64,000 nt of DNA. It comes from Bacteroidota bacterium (lineage in GTDB: Bacteria; Bacteroidota; Bacteroidia; Chitinophagales; Chitinophagaceae). Made by a program: the position numbers and the translations under genes. The DNA lies in contig JABDCE010000002.1 in the NCBI GenBank assembly GCA_013288285.1, forward strand, positions 2,027 through 66,026, read 5' to 3'. The notes beneath the pieces were generated by a model, which saw nothing but the letters and a program-made list of their open reading frames with translations, searched no databases and was not told the origin of the DNA. Below, in pieces: positions 58,989-64,000 of the stretch. Each line of letters begins with the position of its first letter. Within the stretch, counting starts at the first letter, position 1.

Positions 58989-59380
58989 ATAAACAGGAAA
59001 AGACGGAATTAGTAAAGTACAGAATTGCAAAAGCGAGGCAAACACTGAACGAAGTACCTATACTGATTCAAAGTAATTTCCTGAATAATGCCATTAATAG
59101 ACTGTATTACGCATGTTTTTATGGCGTAAGTGCGTTGCTTCTTGACAGAAATATACAGGCTAAATCACATGCTGGAACAAAACAAATGTTTGGGCTACAT
59201 TTTGTAAAGACAGGCATTTTAACTGAAGAAGCAAATGATTTTTTCAAGCTTGTGTTTGAGCTAAGACATACAGGCGATTATGATGATTATATTGTTTTTG
59301 ATTTAAAGGAAGTTACTTCATTGTTACAACCGGCAACAGATTTTATCACTCAAATCGAGGCGATTTTATCTAAAGATTGA
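58985..59380 (+). CDS. HEPN-domain protein
   Basis: AINRLYYACFY, KSHAG, FELRHTGDYDD; ATGA overlap with MNT. Confidence 0.9.
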   Translation: MNKQEKTELVKYRIAKARQTLNEVPILIQSNFLNNAINRLYYACFYGVSALLLDRNIQAKSHAGTKQMFGLHFVKTGILTEEANDFFKLVFELRHTGDYDDYIVFDLKEVTSLLQPATDFITQIEAILSKD

Positions 59381-59472
59381 AGAAAACCTACGTTGCCTAT
59401 AATAAATCTTGATTTTTTTGTGTAAAACATAAATTTATTGTTACCTTTGCAGTCCGAAAAAATCATAAAACA

Positions 59473-59853
59473 ATGCAAGCAGTAGCTTTTATACACGAAC
59501 AACTTACCGGTAATAAAGAATTCCCTAAGTTTAAGGCTGGGGATAACGTAACCGTTAACTATAAGATCATAGAAGGTAACAAAGAGCGTATCCAGTCTTT
59601 CAAGGGCGATGTATTGAAGCGCCAGGGCCGTGGATTTACGCAGACTTTTACGGTACGTAAAATGTCTGACGGTGTAGGCGTTGAGCGTCTGTTCCCGCTT
59701 TTCTCCCCAAACATTGAGTCTATCGTACTCAATAAGTCTGGCCGTGTACGCCGTGCCAAGCTGTTCTATCTCCGTGAGCGCCAGGGCAAGTCTGCACGTA
59801 TCAAGGAAAAGAAACAGATCCACGCTTCAGCGAAAGTTGCAGCAAAAGCATAA
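59473..59853 (+). CDS. rplS: 50S ribosomal protein L19
   Basis: [41 protein letters not shown]; own TACCTTTG at 59442. Confidence 0.99.
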   Translation: MQAVAFIHEQLTGNKEFPKFKAGDNVTVNYKIIEGNKERIQSFKGDVLKRQGRGFTQTFTVRKMSDGVGVERLFPLFSPNIESIVLNKSGRVRRAKLFYLRERQGKSARIKEKKQIHASAKVAAKA

Positions 59854-59875
59854 GCATTATCATAAGCTATATAAG

Positions 59876-59908
59876 AAGGATACACATTTGTGTATCCTTT
59901 ATTTTTTT
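59876..59908 (+). terminator. Intrinsic terminator after rplS
   Basis: aaggatacac-attt-gtgtatcctt followed by a U-rich tract. Confidence 0.8.
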
Positions 59909-59938
59909 CGGATATTGGATGTCAGAAAATGTTTGCTT

Positions 59939-60361
59939 ATGAAACCGGCAGTGCTCTTTTTGATCGTTTTGTACTGCCTGGCAGCAGAGTGCGCTTTCGG
60001 CCAGAATAACCTCCACGATATCCGGCTCGGCAACGTAAAGAACTCGGTGACTACCTACCGAAAAGCCGGTGAAAAAGAAGTAATTACTACCTACAACTCC
60101 ATACTGGAAAACCCGAGGATGATCTATGAAGCGTCTGCATGTACGGTCACTCATTTCGAGATCACCATCATACCAAGAGGCGCTGATCTGTACGGGCCAT
60201 TTAACATTGAGGGCAACGAACTCCCCATCCATATTATAGAATACCTGCGCAAAAAACAAGACGAGGGTAAGCCGGTAAAGATGGCTATAGATGCCTTTCA
60301 GCTAAGCTGCAATGGGAAAAAAGAAGTAAATAATGGCACCCTGTTTTACGTGTGTAAATAA
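59939..60361 (+). CDS. Exported protein resembling the GldM C-terminal domain
   Basis: Signal MKPAVLFLIVLYCLAAECAFGQ; by-eye similarity to the last domain of GldM in this window. Confidence 0.55.
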   Translation: MKPAVLFLIVLYCLAAECAFGQNNLHDIRLGNVKNSVTTYRKAGEKEVITTYNSILENPRMIYEASACTVTHFEITIIPRGADLYGPFNIEGNELPIHIIEYLRKKQDEGKPVKMAIDAFQLSCNGKKEVNNGTLFYVCK

Positions 60362-60378
60362 GGCCTGTAGCGGTTAAT

Positions 60379-60984
60379 TCACTCCATGAAACCTATTACC
60401 AGCTCCGCGCACTGAGCGTCAGAAAGGCCCAGCCATGCGCTCGTCACCAGGCTGGCAGTTGACGTATAACCCGTTATGCTCACCAGTTCCAGGTCGCCTT
60501 GCTCATTCCGGCCATGGTAGCCGGAGTTTAATATCTTGCCCGCACGCCCTATCACAAAAGTGCTGGTAGCCACATTACCAAAAATATCAGAGATATCGTC
60601 CCTTCTCATCGGGTTAGATGAAGGCCTCACCCTTATGGCAAAAGTTTCCGCATCCTCATCCGGATAATCGTCATATTCTATGGCCTCAATTACAGCCCAG
60701 TAAAATCCACCATCCATATCTACTCCCTGTTCCGGTATGTCTATCCGTATATGGTCTCCCTTACGGGCGCGCCTGTTCACCGCCCGCCCATGACTGTCTG
60801 TCAGCTTAAAACTGGCGTCAGCTATACCGCTGAACTTTTTCCAGTTATTTACGTCCAGCAGCCTTTCTTTGGCGTCAACAAACCAGTCTTCGGCATCTGC
60901 GATAGTCTTAGTCAGAATGCTGTGGGTGATGTCTTTCTCCTGGCCTTCTTCCTGCGTAGGGATAAGATAATGTTGCTCCTGCAT
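60379..60984 (-). CDS. Hypothetical protein (acidic, possibly SRPBCC-like)
   Basis: 201-aa ORF: AKERLLDVNNW, GDHIRIDIP, IRVRPSSNP, ATSTFVI, YHGRNE. Confidence 0.7.
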   Translation of the reverse strand: MQEQHYLIPTQEEGQEKDITHSILTKTIADAEDWFVDAKERLLDVNNWKKFSGIADASFKLTDSHGRAVNRRARKGDHIRIDIPEQGVDMDGGFYWAVIEAIEYDDYPDEDAETFAIRVRPSSNPMRRDDISDIFGNVATSTFVIGRAGKILNSGYHGRNEQGDLELVSITGYTSTASLVTSAWLGLSDAQCAELVIGFME

Positions 60985-61010
60985 ACAATACGGTCTTTAA
61001 ACGATATATA

Positions 61011-61076
61011 GAAAATTCCGTGCCAAACTTTTCAAATCAGCCCAAAATGCAGAAAAAAAATGCAAATCCCGCGCCA
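61011..61076 (-). promoter_or_regulatory. Two tandem sigma54-like -24/-12 motifs upstream of the 60379-60984 gene
   Basis: Minus strand TGGCGCGGGATTTGCA (61076-61061) and TGGCACGGAATTTTC (61025-61011). Confidence 0.6.
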
Positions 61077-61180
61077 GTAAAGGACTTTAATTTTAAAAAA
61101 CAAGGCCGATATAGCTACATAAGTAGAATTTCGTAGCAAAACTATGGCTGCTACAGCCTACTTTTGACCAAAAAACAGTT

Positions 61181-61615
61181 ATGGGCATTGCAGACAGGCT
61201 TTTTAATATGAAAACAGAACAGGCCGCGGCCAATCTCAAGGCAGGACAGGAATTCCTGGCGACCAACAAATCAAAGGCGGGTGTGATAGAATTACCCAGC
61301 GGCCTCCAGTACGAGGTAATTAAGGAAGGAAGTGGCCCTAAACCCGCTGTAAACAACAAAGTGACCTGCCACTACCACGGCACGCTCATAAACGGCACCA
61401 TATTCGATAGTTCTGTTCAAAGAGGCCAGCCAGCGGTATTTCCACTCAACCAGGTCATAAAAGGCTGGACAGAGGGCGTGCAACTGATGGGCACAGGCAG
61501 CAAATGGCGCTTCTTCATACCACCTCACCTCGGTTATGGCGACAGGCAGGTTGGTTCGCACATCGGACCAAACAGTACACTGGTATTCGAGGTAGAACTA
61601 TTGAGCATCAACTAA
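61181..61615 (+). CDS. FKBP-type peptidyl-prolyl isomerase
   Basis: LPSGLQYEV, HYHGTLINGTIFDSS, VIKGWTEG, IPPHLGYG, NSTLVFEVELL. Confidence 0.96.
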   Translation: MGIADRLFNMKTEQAAANLKAGQEFLATNKSKAGVIELPSGLQYEVIKEGSGPKPAVNNKVTCHYHGTLINGTIFDSSVQRGQPAVFPLNQVIKGWTEGVQLMGTGSKWRFFIPPHLGYGDRQVGSHIGPNSTLVFEVELLSIN

Positions 61616-61661
61616 ACAACCGGCCTTCAACTAATTACATCCCGCTAAACAATTCCGGAAT

Positions 61662-63095
61662 ATGAAAAAGATACTGTTCTTAGCACTTATAGCTACATCC
61701 TTGCGCTCTACGGCCCAGACTATTGACCAGTATCTTGAGAGTATCCGGAATAACAGCGCAGAACTGACTGCATTCTTCTCCCAAATGCCAAAGGGAGGCG
61801 ACCTGCATAATCACTATAGCGGATCGGTTTATGCCGAGACGTACATTGATTATGTAGTAGGGCAAGACTATGTGATCAATACAAATACGCTTGAAGTAAG
61901 GACCACAGCACCTGCTAACGATGACAATTGGGTACATTTTTCAAAGCTGAACACCAGTGGCCAGCTACCCGCTTACAAAGAAAAGCTGATGCAGAAATGG
62001 TCGGTAAAGGATTACAATGGCATAAGTTATCCATCTGACAAACAATTCTTTGAAACATTCTCGGGCTTCGGTATCGCTAACAATAGCCAGGCGCGGCTGG
62101 ATACCGGCATCCTGGAATTGAAGAGACGAGCACAGAAAGAAAATGTCAGCTACATAGAGACCATGTTTACTACCATTCATTGCAGCAACCTGAACTCAAT
62201 AGACACCAGCTTTAATTCACGGTTGGAAGACGCACTGAACAAACGCGATGAAGCATTGACCACCTCATTGTTGGAGCAATTATACCTGCAGATTGAACAA
62301 AAAGGAGCAAAGGGCTGTGCCATATCATTTAACAGTGAAGTTGCCGACATGCACCAATCCCTGCATATCGACGACTCATCCTTCACGATGCGGTATCAAA
62401 ACTATGTGACCCGTGTAGTGCCACCGCTGGAAGTATTTAAGAGCCTCGTCCTTTCATTCGAATCTGCAAATACAAGCCCGCTCATAGTGGGTGTGAACAT
62501 AGTAGCGCCCGAAGACAACGAAGTGTCTATGAGGGACTACTGGCTGCATATGCAGATGTTCCGCTTTTGCCACAGCAAATTCCCCAACGTGAAGTATGCC
62601 ATGCACGCCGGCGAGCTCACCCTGGGCCTGGTAAAACCTGAAGACCTGACCTGGCACATTAATGAAGCTGTACACACCGCGGGGGCAAACAGGATAGGCC
62701 ATGGCGTGGATATGCCTTACGAGCACAACTGCTATGACCTATTGCAGTACATGGCTAAGAACGATATAGCTATAGAAATAAACCTGTACAGCAATGAGTT
62801 CATTCTGAAAGTACAAGATGACAAACACCCCATCTCCCTCTACCGCGAATTCAAAGTACCTATTGTCATCTGTACCGATGACGCGGGTGTGCTCAGAAGC
62901 AATCTCACTCAGCAATATGTATTGCTGGCCAAACGCTATAAAGACATCTCCTACTCAGATATTAAACGCTACGTATTCAACAGCATAGACTATAGCTTTA
63001 TAGAAGAAGATTCAATCAAGGAGAAACTAAAAACCGACCTGAAAGCCCGTTTCAGAACGTTCGAAAAAGAATTCATCGCTACCCACCAGAACTAA
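61662..63095 (+). CDS. Secreted adenosine deaminase-family enzyme
   Basis: Signal ..STAQ; MPKGGDLHNH, HAGE, RIGHG, TDDAG. Confidence 0.9.
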   Translation: MKKILFLALIATSLRSTAQTIDQYLESIRNNSAELTAFFSQMPKGGDLHNHYSGSVYAETYIDYVVGQDYVINTNTLEVRTTAPANDDNWVHFSKLNTSGQLPAYKEKLMQKWSVKDYNGISYPSDKQFFETFSGFGIANNSQARLDTGILELKRRAQKENVSYIETMFTTIHCSNLNSIDTSFNSRLEDALNKRDEALTTSLLEQLYLQIEQKGAKGCAISFNSEVADMHQSLHIDDSSFTMRYQNYVTRVVPPLEVFKSLVLSFESANTSPLIVGVNIVAPEDNEVSMRDYWLHMQMFRFCHSKFPNVKYAMHAGELTLGLVKPEDLTWHINEAVHTAGANRIGHGVDMPYEHNCYDLLQYMAKNDIAIEINLYSNEFILKVQDDKHPISLYREFKVPIVICTDDAGVLRSNLTQQYVLLAKRYKDISYSDIKRYVFNSIDYSFIEEDSIKEKLKTDLKARFRTFEKEFIATHQN

Positions 63096-63115
63096 TGGCA
63101 GCACTTCAACAAAAG

Positions 63116-63151
63116 AAGAAGGTGGCGCCTGCTACAGCACTACCTTTCTTC
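63116..63151. terminator. Imperfect hairpin between convergent genes
   Basis: aagaaggtggcgc...gcactacctttctt. Confidence 0.5.
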
Positions 63152-63168
63152 AACCGTGATAACCGACT

Positions 63169-63651
63169 TTACCTTGCGGAACAATCGGGCTTACAGTCAT
63201 TGTCATAAGCATGTACTGGTCCGTATTTTACCGGGGGCTGTGATGTCTCCTGGATCTTCATCATGCTCGTATCTACAGGTGGTGTAACAGCGGGTATATC
63301 CAGCGGATAGTAATTATAATATCCATTCCGGGGGTAATTACCCATGTAAGTACCTTCCGTGCGATACTCTATATTGCCTTTGTCGTCATACATTATGCCG
63401 GGACATTCCGTCACCTGGATGTTGTGCTGCGTGTAGCTATAACATGCTGGTCGCCACGAAGATTCCTTAGCCATTACGGCTAAATTGTTAGTGCCATTTG
63501 CACTCCTGTTCACCGGCGTCGTCTTATGCGTTACTGCCACTTTATGATGCACCACTGGCTTCTTAGCGCAGCAGCAACTCTTGGTATCCTGGGCGTAGCT
63601 GCCGGCTGCGGTAAAGCCTGCCAGCATTGCCAATAATAATATCCGTTTCAT
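63169..63651 (-). CDS. Exported Cys-rich hypothetical protein
   Basis: Signal ..SYAQ; SCCC, PACY..ECPG, DCKPDC; sigma54-like motif at 63696-63682. Confidence 0.7.
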   Translation of the reverse strand: MKRILLLAMLAGFTAAGSYAQDTKSCCCAKKPVVHHKVAVTHKTTPVNRSANGTNNLAVMAKESSWRPACYSYTQHNIQVTECPGIMYDDKGNIEYRTEGTYMGNYPRNGYYNYYPLDIPAVTPPVDTSMMKIQETSQPPVKYGPVHAYDNDCKPDCSAR

Positions 63652-63763
63652 ACGATTCCATTTTGTTCCGGCTTATAACCTAAAAATCCCGCGCCACAGA
63701 ACACTAATGAAATGTGAAGAATCAGTACAAATACCAATACCGGAGAATTTGTACTTTTGCCGG

Positions 63764-64000
63764 ATGAAAAAAATAGCAATAGCTGTAATAGCTACTACCC
63801 TCGCTTTAGGATGGACATCCTGTAAGAAAAAATCCCCTGCTCCCCCAGCCGACGTCTTCTATCCGGCGGGCATACATGCCAAAATAAATGGAGTAGCCTG
63901 GACCGCACAATACGTGAACATGACCAGCCTTACCAGTAACGGCAATTACAACGTAGAATTCGATGGGCCGGACAGTGCTACCAATGAAACCATATCCATC
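63764..64000 (+). CDS. Lipoprotein, 3'-truncated by the window edge (not in the ORF track)
   Basis: Reads MKKIAIAVIATTLALGWTSCKKKSPAPP..HAKINGVAWTA; TACTTTTG 4 nt before the ATG. Confidence 0.8.
   Translation, partial: MKKIAIAVIATTLALGWTSCKKKSPAPPADVFYPAGIHAKINGVAWTAQYVNMTSLTSNGNYNVEFDGPDSATNETISI

Noticed and set aside
59681-59938. 226-aa ORF overlapping rplS
   Set aside because: The upstream part crosses rplS and its terminator; the credible gene starts at ATG 59939 with a signal peptide.

Overview
Core-chromosome window from a Bacteroidota bacterium. TAnnTTTG -7 promoter elements, gld genes and T9SS C-terminal domains support the phylum; Chitinophagales is an inference from gene content. 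It carries housekeeping genes (surA-like PPIase, pfkA, msrA, trxA, dnaE, pepE, ilvE, ligA, transketolase N-subunit, mutY, ssb, gldE, rimM, trmD, rplS), three toxin-antitoxin pairs (HigBA, RelE/ParE-type, MNT-HEPN), three T9SS cargo proteins (two NHL-repeat, one Reeler-like), a TolC-MFP-RND-RND efflux operon, an M16 peptidase pair and a secreted adenosine deaminase. No rRNA, tRNA, CRISPR array, transposase or prophage was seen. The most striking structure is a broken gldKLMN (T9SS/gliding motor) operon: gldK is cut in its last motif, about 430 bp of gldL lies inverted, and gldM resumes without its membrane anchor. This could be a real template-switch rearrangement or an amplification/assembly chimera. 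Other notable signals are a stand-alone secreted protein resembling the GldM C-terminal domain, several apparently leaderless genes, sigma54-like motifs sharing a 13-mer, operator-like palindromes at two TA loci, and an apparent GC-skew reversal across the window.
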